This document shows positions 1 through 19,482 of a stretch of DNA of 24,000 nt, one piece after another. Under the pieces are notes generated by a model, which did no database searches, was not told the DNA's origin, and worked only from the letters and a program-made list of their open reading frames with translations. The stretch spans positions 23,441 to 47,440 of the forward strand of contig NZ_KB906975.1 in NCBI RefSeq assembly GCF_000381745.1. The letters are read 5' to 3'. How positions within the stretch are numbered: position 1 is the stretch's first letter; each line of letters starts with the position of its first letter. Both the position numbers and the translations under genes were made by a program. Source of the stretch: Psychromonas ossibalaenae ATCC BAA-1528. Lineage in GTDB: Bacteria; Pseudomonadota; Gammaproteobacteria; Enterobacterales; Psychromonadaceae.

Positions 1-1533
1 GAGGGGGAAAGAGCCTCACAAGACTGGATATGGCTGGATAAGTGGCAGCGCTGGCAGGATGCCGCTGCAGGTTATCAGCTTGCTGAGCAGACGGTCAGCA
101 TGATTAAAACAAGCGCGGATCCGGCTCTGCTGGTGGATATTAAAATCAATCTGCATACACCGCTGCCGACAACTGATATTCAAAGCCCCTATCATGGTTT
201 GAAAATTGAAAACAGAGAAGCTGATTTTAAGGTTATTTCCCTGTTCGATTCAACGGTACTGGCGGATCGCGATTTTGTTTTAAACTGGTCTTTGCAGCAG
301 ACGGAGCAGGCTGAAAGCAGCGTTTTTGTACAGGAAAAGGCTGTCGGCAGTACGCTAGAGAAATACGGTTTAGTAATGATGGTGCCGCCGGCGATGCAGT
401 TCACTGAGAATGCACGTATTGCTAAAGAGGTTATCCTGGTGATTGATGTATCCGGTTCAATGTCCGGCACATCAATCGCACAGGCAAAATCAGCATTAAG
501 CTTCGCCGTTGATCAGCTTGCTGAGAATGATACTTTTAATATTATTGCCTTTAGTAATAATACAGAATTTTTTGCCGGCAATTCTCTGCCCGTTGACAAC
601 CGCAGCAGAATAATGGCTAAGAGCTTTATTAATCAGCTCCAGGCCGGCGGCGGCACCAATATGCAGGCGGCCTTAAACGATGCCCTGTCCGAACAGCGTA
701 CCGTTTATCCTAATGAGCACAAAGATCTGCGTCAGGTACTATTTATTACCGATGCCAGTATCAGTAACGAAGAGCAGTTATTAACTCAGATTAAGCAGCA
801 GCTGGGGGCAAGCCGTTTATTTATGGTAGGTATCGGATCGGCGCCTAACCATTATTTTATGAAAAGCAGTGCGCAATTGGGGCGCGGTACCTATACCAGT
901 ATTGGTGATGTTAATGAGGTACGCTCGAAAATGTCGGCATTGTTTACGCAGCTTTCAGCACCGGTATTGCGTGATATTAAACTGACCTGGGAAAACGGCA
1001 GCGAGGTGGATTACTGGCCGAAGCCGCTAACGGATCTCTATCAGGGTGAGCCGCTTCAGGTGGTGATGAAAATACCGTCGGGTGAAAATAAACTGCAGGT
1101 TTCCGGATTGAAAGTTGAAAACGGCGCAGCTCAAAAATGGACACAGGTATTGAGTCTAGATCAGGAGCAAAATGGCGCCGGCATTGATATTTTATGGGCA
1201 AAAGAGCAGATAGACAGTATTGAACTTAACCGTGAGCTGCCCGTTAGTGAGAAAAAACAGCTGATCACAGCGTTAGGGCTTAACTACCATATTGTCACTA
1301 AACACACCAGTCTGGTGGCTGTTGAACAGCAGGTAACTCGTCCGCTTATGTTAAGTAGTGTTGATAAACAGGTTAAAACGCATCTTCCTAAAGGTAATAC
1401 CATGAGCCTGCCGCAAACCGGATTAGGCAGCGGACTTTATCTGCGTATCGCTCTAATGCTGCTGTTATCTGCTGCTGTATTGTGGGCTGCTGAACGTCTG
1501 CTGAGACCTGGTATCTCAGAGCCGCGGGCTTAG
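1..1533 (+). CDS. VIT/vWA-domain sortase target protein, 5'-truncated by the window edge (marine proteobacterial sortase target family)
   Basis: The frame of the 100..1533 ORF stays open back to base 1, so the N-terminus lies outside the window. MIDAS motif DVSGS at 445-459. The C-terminus has LPQTG (1408-1422), then a hydrophobic stretch and a basic tail (RLLRPG), which is a classic sortase sorting signal. A sortase gene follows 9 nt downstream. Confidence 0.85.
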   Translation, partial: EGERASQDWIWLDKWQRWQDAAAGYQLAEQTVSMIKTSADPALLVDIKINLHTPLPTTDIQSPYHGLKIENREADFKVISLFDSTVLADRDFVLNWSLQQTEQAESSVFVQEKAVGSTLEKYGLVMMVPPAMQFTENARIAKEVILVIDVSGSMSGTSIAQAKSALSFAVDQLAENDTFNIIAFSNNTEFFAGNSLPVDNRSRIMAKSFINQLQAGGGTNMQAALNDALSEQRTVYPNEHKDLRQVLFITDASISNEEQLLTQIKQQLGASRLFMVGIGSAPNHYFMKSSAQLGRGTYTSIGDVNEVRSKMSALFTQLSAPVLRDIKLTWENGSEVDYWPKPLTDLYQGEPLQVVMKIPSGENKLQVSGLKVENGAAQKWTQVLSLDQEQNGAGIDILWAKEQIDSIELNRELPVSEKKQLITALGLNYHIVTKHTSLVAVEQQVTRPLMLSSVDKQVKTHLPKGNTMSLPQTGLGSGLYLRIALMLLLSAAVLWAAERLLRPGISEPRA

Positions 1534-1542
1534 GAGGTTTCT

Positions 1543-2172
1543 ATGAAAGGGTTATTAAAGCGCTTTTCCAGCAAAAATAGAAAGCAGCGCTTAACTGTAT
1601 TTCATAAACTGCTGCTGGTGATGGTGCTGGCTGCGCTGCTGCTGTTTAGTAAAGGCGCTTATATGCAGGGCAAAGCTTACCTTGCTCAGCAGCTTCTGAC
1701 CTTTGCCTGGGCTCGTCATCAACAGGATGGTGAGCTCTATAAGGCCTGGCCCTGGGCAGATAGTGCACCATTTGCGCAGTTAACAATTAATGAACAGGAG
1801 CCTTTGATTATTCTTTCCGGGGCAACCGGCAGTAATCTGGCTTTTGCGCCTGCCTGGATGGTTTCAAGTGCTGCTTTTAATCAAGGTGCCAACAGCGTAT
1901 TGGTCGGACACAATGATACGCATTTTAAACAGCTTGAGGATCTGCCGCCGGCAAGTTATATAACAATTAAGACTTATCCGCAGCTGCAGATGAGTTATCA
2001 GGTAGTCGCGACAAAAATCGTTAATGAAAAGGATCTGTCTGTGCTGGAAAACAGCGGCTTTGAAACGATAACCCTGATCACCTGTTATCCCTTTGATGCA
2101 GATATTATTAACAGTGATTTGCGGTTTGTGGTGATCGCTAAAAGGGTCCAGCAAAAGGAAACGGGAGTTTGA
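1543..2172 (+). CDS. Class GN (class 6, marine proteobacterial type) sortase
   Basis: AGGAGG at 1532-1537 lies 5 nt before the ATG. N-terminal membrane anchor (LLLVMVLAALLLF). Conserved sortase His (LVGHNDTHF), catalytic TLITC motif (Cys codon 2083-2085) and a downstream Arg (LRFVVIAKR). It is paired with the LPQTG protein immediately upstream. Confidence 0.88.
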   Translation: MKGLLKRFSSKNRKQRLTVFHKLLLVMVLAALLLFSKGAYMQGKAYLAQQLLTFAWARHQQDGELYKAWPWADSAPFAQLTINEQEPLIILSGATGSNLAFAPAWMVSSAAFNQGANSVLVGHNDTHFKQLEDLPPASYITIKTYPQLQMSYQVVATKIVNEKDLSVLENSGFETITLITCYPFDADIINSDLRFVVIAKRVQQKETGV

Positions 2173-2262
2173 CTTGAAGCCGGTTTTGTAGTTTTTTACT
2201 TCCACATTACAACTTATTAAGGTGATAATGCTCCCTAATGGCAGTGAACAGGGAGTTGTATT

Positions 2263-2757
2263 TTGTCGTCTAAGTCTTTAAATCAGGGTTTTACACTTAT
2301 AGAATTAGTGGTTGTTATTATTATTCTCGGGGTGTTGTCTGCCGCCGCAGTACCAAAGTTCGTCTCCTTGTCTAAGGAGGCGAAAGTCAATGTGATCACC
2401 CAGATTAAAGTCAGTGTCAAAACGGCCAACGACTTTATGTTTCTTAAATCCCATATGCCAAGTTATGCCGCCCAGCCTGTGCCTAATCGTGATGATCTGA
2501 TTGATGTTGATACCAATGGTGACGGTAGTTATGATACCCGTTTAAAATGGAATTATTTAGATAATACTGATATCGAAAAGCGTATCGATATTTCCGATGA
2601 TTTTGCGATTGAATATCAAGGTATTGAATATACCTATCTTGGTTATGATACGGATAATGATAATCAGGTGCAGGATAATAACTGTTATTTTAAATATACC
2701 CAGGCATCAGCTCTAGGTGTGCCGCCAGGTTACAGCATTGAAGACAGCGGCTGTTAG
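2263..2757 (+). CDS. Type IV pilin-like protein with an MSHA-like N-terminus (prepilin cleavage/methylation motif)
   Basis: TTG start with GGGAG 7 nt upstream. An in-frame TGA at 2245 excludes a longer ORF. Leader MSSKSLNQG|FTLIELVVVIIILGVL is the canonical G|FTLIE prepilin peptidase site. The C-terminal Cys pair (NNCYF...SGC) is typical of the pilin D-region. Confidence 0.78.
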   Translation: MSSKSLNQGFTLIELVVVIIILGVLSAAAVPKFVSLSKEAKVNVITQIKVSVKTANDFMFLKSHMPSYAAQPVPNRDDLIDVDTNGDGSYDTRLKWNYLDNTDIEKRIDISDDFAIEYQGIEYTYLGYDTDNDNQVQDNNCYFKYTQASALGVPPGYSIEDSGC

Positions 2758-2766
2758 CTGCTTAAT

Positions 2767-2802
2767 AAAAAACCCGAAAAGATAAATCTCAGCGGGCTTT
2801 TT
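2767..2802. terminator. Weak bidirectional hairpin terminator between the convergent pilin and ygjK-1 genes
   Basis: A6-CCCG (2767-2776), a 16-nt loop, then CGGG-C-T5 (2793-2802). The A-run on one side and the T-run on the other allow function on either strand. The GC stem is short. Confidence 0.4.
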
Positions 2803-2823
2803 CGTTAAATATTCGAATATTTA

Positions 2824-5217
<2,394 letters not shown>

Positions 5218-5480
5218 TTAGTGGCAGATTGTTATCTGTTTTTATTTTTCTCCGTCACCTTTTATTGATGAGTGGAGGTGGTTTTTTTTGTCATAATAAA
5301 TCTCCATTTTTACCCATGTTCATGCTCTAAGACCGGCATCAATTTACTTTCAAATTAGATTGTTGTTAACCTGAAAATTTCCATATCGACGAATTATCAA
5401 TCAGATAATTAAACCGGACCAGCAGTGTGGTTTTGACCCACTGACTATGAACACTGGAGCAGAAAAGGCCAAGTAGATTA

Positions 5481-5514
5481 ATGTAACGGAATGTAACATC
5501 ATGCGTGATGTAAC
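5481..5514. repeat. Three direct copies of ATGTAAC (GTTACAT on the minus strand) at 5481, 5491 and 5508
   Basis: Read directly: atgtaacgga atgtaacatcatgcgtg atgtaac. The first two copies are exactly 10 bp apart. They lie about 280-310 bp upstream of the ygjK-1 start. Confidence 0.5.
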
Positions 5515-5968
5515 CTTTTGGTTTTAAATGACTTTTGCTGTCTCTCGTTGATTATTAGATTACCTTTTTACGGCCGATCAAAAAGTTGCCAATGTATTTC
5601 AAATGACCTCTGTTGTTGATATGTTATGGTTAGTAAATAGTCAACTCGTAATTCCCTTTATTCTTACGGGGGGCGTATTTAATAGTGATAAGCAGATCAA
5701 AAAAAAGAGTTTTATTTGCTTGTTTTTTCAGCGATGTTAAGGGGGTGTTACAGGGATGTAGGGCTTAGTTAGAATCTCTTTGGTATCACTAAAATGGCAA
5801 CTACATACAGGGGGGGGATCGCTATTGATTTGCTAGAACTTGAATAGTGAAAATCGTCTATTTATCTGTTTTTAACAATTTAAACTCAAAGTAAAAAAAT
5901 GAACAAAATAAAAAATATATTGAGATAAAACTGTGGAAGAAAAAGCTTAATTATAAGGGAATTACGTT

Positions 5969-6073
5969 ATGTCATATCACATAACTCGTTTTACAACATT
6001 ATATATAGGAGGCTTATACGTTTCATTTATTATTCCAATCTGTGTCATCATGGTGCTGCTAAAGAACAATTAA
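5969..6073 (+). CDS. Candidate small hydrophobic protein (34 aa): MSYHITRFTTLYIGGLYVSFIIPICVIMVLLKNN
   Basis: ATG preceded by AAGGGA (5955-5960) at 8-nt spacing. One predicted TM helix followed by a polar KNN tail. Below the 60-aa cutoff of the ORF track. There is no homology evidence. Confidence 0.25.
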   Translation: MSYHITRFTTLYIGGLYVSFIIPICVIMVLLKNN

Positions 6074-6189
6074 TGAAGGTAAATCTAGGGGGTAATTAGC
6101 AAAATAAACTATCCGAACGCAGGTTAAATAAAGTCAGAAATTGTGTTTGCCAGGGGATGTCTACCTTAATAATCTGTCATTCCTGTTTA

Positions 6190-6221
6190 GTGCCATTTCT
6201 ACTGAAATGACACTGGTTTTT
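6190..6221 (+). terminator. Possible rho-independent terminator downstream of the 34-aa ORF
   Basis: GTGCCATTTC / GAAATGACAC stem (9 bp plus one C-A mismatch), TACT loop, then TGG and T5 (6217-6221). The stem is AT-rich, so only moderate. Confidence 0.3.
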
Positions 6222-6856
6222 GAACACTATCAATTAATGCAATGCGCTTTTAGGTATAGGAATTCAACACCTTATTGGGTATTTCTGTCGGCTGCCATGT
6301 ATCCCCGGTCCTATCTAACCTCATCACCCGTTCCTGCTTGTCATAGGTATTTAATATATGAAGCCTTTGAAAGCAGTGCCTCTCGCATACCTTTGCTGAT
6401 TGAACTATAGGCATGCCTGAACTTAGCTGTAAGTCACCTGAGAGGTGTGAAAAAGAGAAGTGATAATTTTTTAGCCAATAACATAATACCTATATTGACG
6501 GCTCAAACTGCCGATAAATTTAAACTGAAAATCAGAAATCTCCGTTTTAAAAACACCCTGCAAATTTGGAATTGTACCTCTTCAAAATTTAAAGATGCGA
6601 TTGAGGTTATTTAATATTTTTCTTTTTAACTGCTGGTAATCAAGTTGAAAACAGAGCCGGGCGTGTTGACCCTGGGGGGGAAGAGAGGCATTGAAAGCAT
6701 TGGCGCAAAGCCACTTTGACTGCAAACACCTTCTCTGTAGAGGTTTCTAGTGCTTCAAGGTTATGGTGTAAGCGCTGCTCTGACTGGGAGTTAACAACTT
6801 TAGATCGTGTACGGTTTCTTGGGGCTGTTTCTAGTTATTCTGTGGCTGCTGGTTTT

Positions 6857-6897
6857 GCAGTAGTGGAAACTACTTTTCAAAGAGTCTCCACTACTGC
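6857..6897. other. 11-bp perfect inverted repeat (GCAGTAGTGGA ... TCCACTACTGC) with a 19-nt loop
   Basis: Read directly. It lies immediately upstream of the 6906-6946 terminator hairpin on the plus strand. Confidence 0.6.
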
Positions 6898-6905
6898 GTT
6901 AAGCA

Positions 6906-8383
<1,478 letters not shown>

Positions 8384-8393
8384 TTATAAAAAA

Positions 8394-8409
8394 TTTAGTT
8401 AGATTTAGC
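8394..8409. promoter_or_regulatory. TTTAGTTAG-A-TTTAGC motif pair 25-40 bp upstream of ygjI-1
   Basis: Same TTTAGTWAA-type word as in the other ebg/ygj regulatory gaps. It lies in the 81-bp ebgC-ygjI gap, next to a GCGGCT/AGCCGC hairpin. Confidence 0.3.
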
Positions 8410-8452
8410 GGCTCGATCACTGCTGATAAAAGCCGCCGTGTTATGCAAAAAA

Positions 8453-8904
8453 TTATTTGTTTAAAAAGTAACCATCTTCAACGGTCACTTTAAGCACGAC
8501 TTTACGTACCCGGCTGTCACCGTGAAAACGATAGGCTTTGTTATTGTCAAAAACGGCAACTTGTCCTTGAGACAGTTTTTGTGATTGTCCCTGTCCACGT
8601 AGAAACTCCCGGTCAGTTTCATCTTGATAAGCATGCTTTATATCTAGCGCATCTTTATCCGCAGTCTCGACTGACTCGCCACCTTCAAGGTAATAATGGA
8701 CATCAAAGTAACGTCGGTTAGCAATGAAATCTGAAGTGTTTTCGGCAACACCATCCTGGATCATGTATACCAGAGAATCACCAATCGAATACATAACGCC
8801 GTCTTTTAGTTTTTCTAAATTTTCAATTGCTTCAATACAACGATTCCATTTACGACCGTCGCGGTAAACTTCTTTAAACTGTGTTAAATCATCTAAAATA
8901 ATCA

Positions 8905-8905
<1 letters not shown>
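8453..8905 (-). CDS. ebgC: Beta-galactosidase small subunit EbgC (YhcH/YjgK/YiaL family)
   Basis: 150 aa, collinear with my recollection of E. coli EbgC (KWQRC/KWNRCIEAIEN, RRYFxVHYYLxG, DETDREFL, AYRF, KVVLKVTxEDGYFxNK). The ATG overlaps the ebgA TAA by one base (TAATG). Confidence 0.92.
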
Positions 8906-12045
<3,140 letters not shown>

Positions 12046-12099
12046 TTAACTAAAACTTTAACTAAATATAATGGGTGTGTTTAATAGATTTTAACTAGA
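12046..12099. promoter_or_regulatory. Three TTAACTAAA/TTAACTAGA words (TTTAGTTAA on the coding strand) 55-110 bp upstream of ebgA: candidate operator array
   Basis: Copies at 12046-12054, 12058-12066 (12-bp phasing) and 12091-12099. The same word family occurs upstream of ebgR-1, ebgR-2/ygjH, ygjI-1 and ygjI-2. Confidence 0.4.
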
Positions 12100-12455
12100 T
12101 CACATTTTTAATGGTAACGCGCGCTTAAAGCATCGTTATTTGTCGCTTTAATGCTTATGACAATAAAAGATAAACAGGATCTAGAAAGGTTGTGCTGACA
12201 GTGAGAGGGGTAATAGAGCAGGCTAGATAAATATCCTTTCTGCTCTAGGTTATTAAGTGAGCGGGAGATCATAATTATCCCAATCCCACTAATTAAATGA
12301 TCTGCTTAGGTGTAGGAAAAAGGAGTGAACGCAAGGCGTTTATTGCAGTAACTGGTTGGTCTAATTGAAATTGACAACCAGCATAAATGAATAGAAATTA
12401 ATGGATTGGGTATTGTACCCAGCCGCCTGCAGATACACCTGCAAGTGGTTTGGGT

Positions 12456-13448
<993 letters not shown>

Positions 13449-13527
13449 TTATTCTCCAACAGGTAAGTTTCTCATTTATTTGCAGTTATTCTACTCAGAA
13501 AATGAAAAATGTGATACTCAAACCTTG

Positions 13528-13562
13528 TTTTAGTAAAGTTATTTGCTTTTGTTTTTAGTAAA
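13528..13562. promoter_or_regulatory. Two direct TTTTAGTAAA words 80-115 bp upstream of ebgR-1
   Basis: Exact 10-mers at 13528-13537 and 13553-13562, 25 bp apart. Confidence 0.4.
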
Positions 13563-13832
13563 TGACTTATGTCTGACCGCTATATAGCCCAACCATTTGA
13601 GTATGATGATGATGCTTTACAGGGCAGGGGGTCAATGTGAAAAACGTTGTGAAGTGCACTGTATTCAGATCATCTGAGACTGTCTAAGGTGATCCTGCTG
13701 TTGTACGGGTTAACTCAACCCCTGATATATTGAAAGCTACTCCACTGATGAAACCTGTTTTTCTATTCAAATATTTTATGATGACGCTTATCTTATCCAT
13801 GTGCAGATTGTCTGTCACTGTTAAATAACGGA

Positions 13833-13866
13833 TAAAAAAAAGCCCGCTTGATTTATTAGCGGGCTT
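13833..13866 (-). terminator. Rho-independent terminator of ygjK-2
   Basis: AAGCCCGCT / AGCGGGCTT is a perfect 9-bp stem (13840-13848 / 13858-13866) with a 9-nt loop. On the minus strand it is followed by a T8 run (A-run 13834-13841 on plus). It lies 23 nt after the stop codon. Confidence 0.85.
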
Positions 13867-13888
13867 GAACAGCTTTTAGGAGGCTTAT

Positions 13889-16309
<2,421 letters not shown>

Positions 16310-16322
16310 TTATTCCTCGTTA

Positions 16323-17405
<1,083 letters not shown>

Positions 17406-17419
17406 TTACTGCACCGAAA

Positions 17420-17445
17420 GTTTGTTAATTGTTTGTTAATGTTTG
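17420..17445. repeat. Tandem decamer GTTTGTTAAT x2.5 upstream of ygjJ
   Basis: GTTTGTTAAT (17420-17429), T, GTTTGTTAAT (17431-17440), GTTTG (17441-17445). It lies in the 64/97-bp ygjH-ygjJ gap, about 50-75 bp upstream of the preferred ygjJ start. Confidence 0.6.
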
Positions 17446-17466
17446 CGAAATTAATGCCGTGTTTTA

Positions 17467-17799
<333 letters not shown>

Positions 17800-17929
17800 C
17801 TAATGCCTCTGTATTAAAAAGCGTTTATAGCTATTTTATGTTTAAATTCAGATAGTAATGGAGTTGTAGTAGATGCATAATGTATGGCTTTATATTTAAG
17901 CTATGTCTCTATTACCATCTAGGTACAAT

Positions 17930-18030
17930 GTTTTACTAAAACGTAATGTAAACTTTTACTAATCTCTTGTAAAGGTGGCTGGGGTATATCTGGTTAAAAA
18001 ATGTGAAGTTAGTTAAAGTTTTACTAAAAT
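17930..18030. promoter_or_regulatory. Three TTTTACTAA(A) words in the divergent ygjH / ebgR-2 control region
   Basis: GTTTTACTAAAAC at 17930-17942 is a perfect 13-bp odd-centred palindrome. TTTTACTAATC at 17954-17964. TTTTACTAAAA at 18019-18029 is an 11-bp palindrome. A CRP-like half-good site, TGTGA-N6-TTAAA, lies at 18002-18017. Confidence 0.45.
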
Positions 18031-18081
18031 CTTGTTTTTGGTGAGCCGGGTGTTTATCATTGACTTAATATTTAATACTGA

Positions 18082-19080
<999 letters not shown>

Positions 19081-19109
19081 TGATAGCGGTGCTGATGCGC
19101 TCGGTTGAA

Positions 19110-19137
19110 GGGATAAGTGCATACTTATCCCTTTTTT
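19110..19137 (+). terminator. Rho-independent terminator of ebgR-2
   Basis: GGGATAAGT-GCAT-ACTTATCCC is a perfect 9-bp stem, followed by T6 (19132-19137). Confidence 0.88.
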
Positions 19138-19294
19138 GTGTCCGTGATAACGCCTGCTGTCTTTTATATATACCCGTTAGATCTTTAATTTCATGCTTAG
19201 AACCTGCTCACTTATCTACTTACTGATTTTGATATTTCAATATACACTGTCTAATCATTACTATTCAGATTAGAGTCAATTGCTGCTTGTCGTC

Positions 19295-19334
19295 ATTTTT
19301 CATAACCATTTGATTTCAAATGGTTATGAAAAAT
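19295..19334. repeat. 40-bp perfect palindrome (19-bp arms, 2-nt spacer)
   Basis: ATTTTTCATAACCATTTGA (19295-19313), TT, TCAAATGGTTATGAAAAAT (19316-19334). Arms checked base by base. I saw no second copy in the window. Confidence 0.9.
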
Positions 19335-19338
19335 AGTT

Positions 19339-19354
19339 TGTGACTATCTTCACG
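19339..19354. promoter_or_regulatory. CRP-like site TGTGA-N6-TCACG upstream of ygjI-2
   Basis: TGTGActatctTCACG matches 9 of 10 core positions of the TGTGA-N6-TCACA consensus. A TATATT/TATTAT -10-like box lies 25-30 bp downstream. Confidence 0.5.
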
Positions 19355-19376
19355 GAAAGCGTTTGTTTATATATTA

Positions 19377-19397
19377 TTTAGTAAAAACATTACTAAA
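19377..19397. promoter_or_regulatory. 21-bp inverted repeat TTTAGTAA-AAACA-TTACTAAA: best operator candidate of the locus
   Basis: Perfect 8-bp arms (19377-19384 / 19390-19397). It lies just downstream of the CRP-like site and overlaps the likely -10/+1 region of ygjI-2. Confidence 0.5.
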
Positions 19398-19482
19398 CTG
19401 CGTGCCGTTGGTTAACAATTCTGGATCATAATGTTGAACCCTTATCTTCAGCTGCTGTTTTTAATCTTAAATGATGAAACGG

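Larger units (their letters stand above)
5668..6680 (+). repeat. Cluster of plus-strand homopolymeric G tracts: G6 5668-5673, G5 5741-5745, G8 5810-5817, G5 6088-6092, G4 6153-6156, G7 6674-6680
   Basis: Counted directly in the sequence. There is no C run of 5 or more on the same strand within the island. By eye I found no other G or C run of 6 or more anywhere else in the 24 kb. Confidence 0.9.

Noticed and set aside
5262-5290. T8 run (5283-5290) preceded by GGAGGTGG, considered as a plus-strand terminator.
   Set aside because: I could not build a convincing stem with the upstream CTCCGTCACC because the pairing order is wrong. It is more likely an A/T-tract element of the ygjK-1 upstream region.
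5603-5740. 45-aa ORF MTSVVDMLWLVNSQLVIPFILTGGVFNSDKQIKKKSFICLFFQRC that contains the G6 tract.
   Set aside because: There is no Shine-Dalgarno sequence upstream and no recognisable features. I note only that a G6 tract inside it would make it phase-variable if it were real.
5746-5759. GTTACAGGGATGTA matches the CsrA SELEX consensus (RUACARGGAUGU) almost perfectly, and CAGGGGATG (6151-6159) is similar. This raised the idea that the island encodes a CsrB/Rsm-type sponge RNA.
   Set aside because: I counted only about 14 GGA triplets on the plus strand across about 1.5 kb, which is what the base composition predicts. I found no GacA/UvrY box (TGTAAG-N6-CTTACA) and no regular stem-loop presentation of GGA motifs. 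A single CsrA site remains possible, but a sponge RNA is not supported.
5232-5874. Exact 13-mer TTATCTGTTTTTA present twice (5232-5244 and 5862-5874).
   Set aside because: In 1.7 kb of AT-rich sequence one such coincidence is roughly expected by chance, and the flanks do not align.
6141-6410. 89-aa ORF in the island (TTG start).
   Set aside because: It has no RBS and a non-ATG start. The composition looks like random translation of AT-rich DNA (Cys, Tyr and Phe-rich, no recognisable motif), and it runs through a hairpin plus T5 terminator-like element at 6190-6221.
13510-13525. CRP-like half site AAATGTGA-N6-AACCT upstream of ebgR-1. A similar TGTGA-N6-TTAAA lies at 18002-18017.
   Set aside because: Only the left half matches the consensus. 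The 18002 site is marginal (3 of 5 in the right half) and the 13510 site is poor, so I do not call either as a feature in its own right.
13595-13669. Mini-ORF MMMMLYRAGGQCEKRCEVHCIQII in the ebgR-1/ygjK-2 gap, considered as a leader peptide.
   Set aside because: It has no RBS and no associated attenuator structure, and it lies on the strand opposite to both flanking genes.
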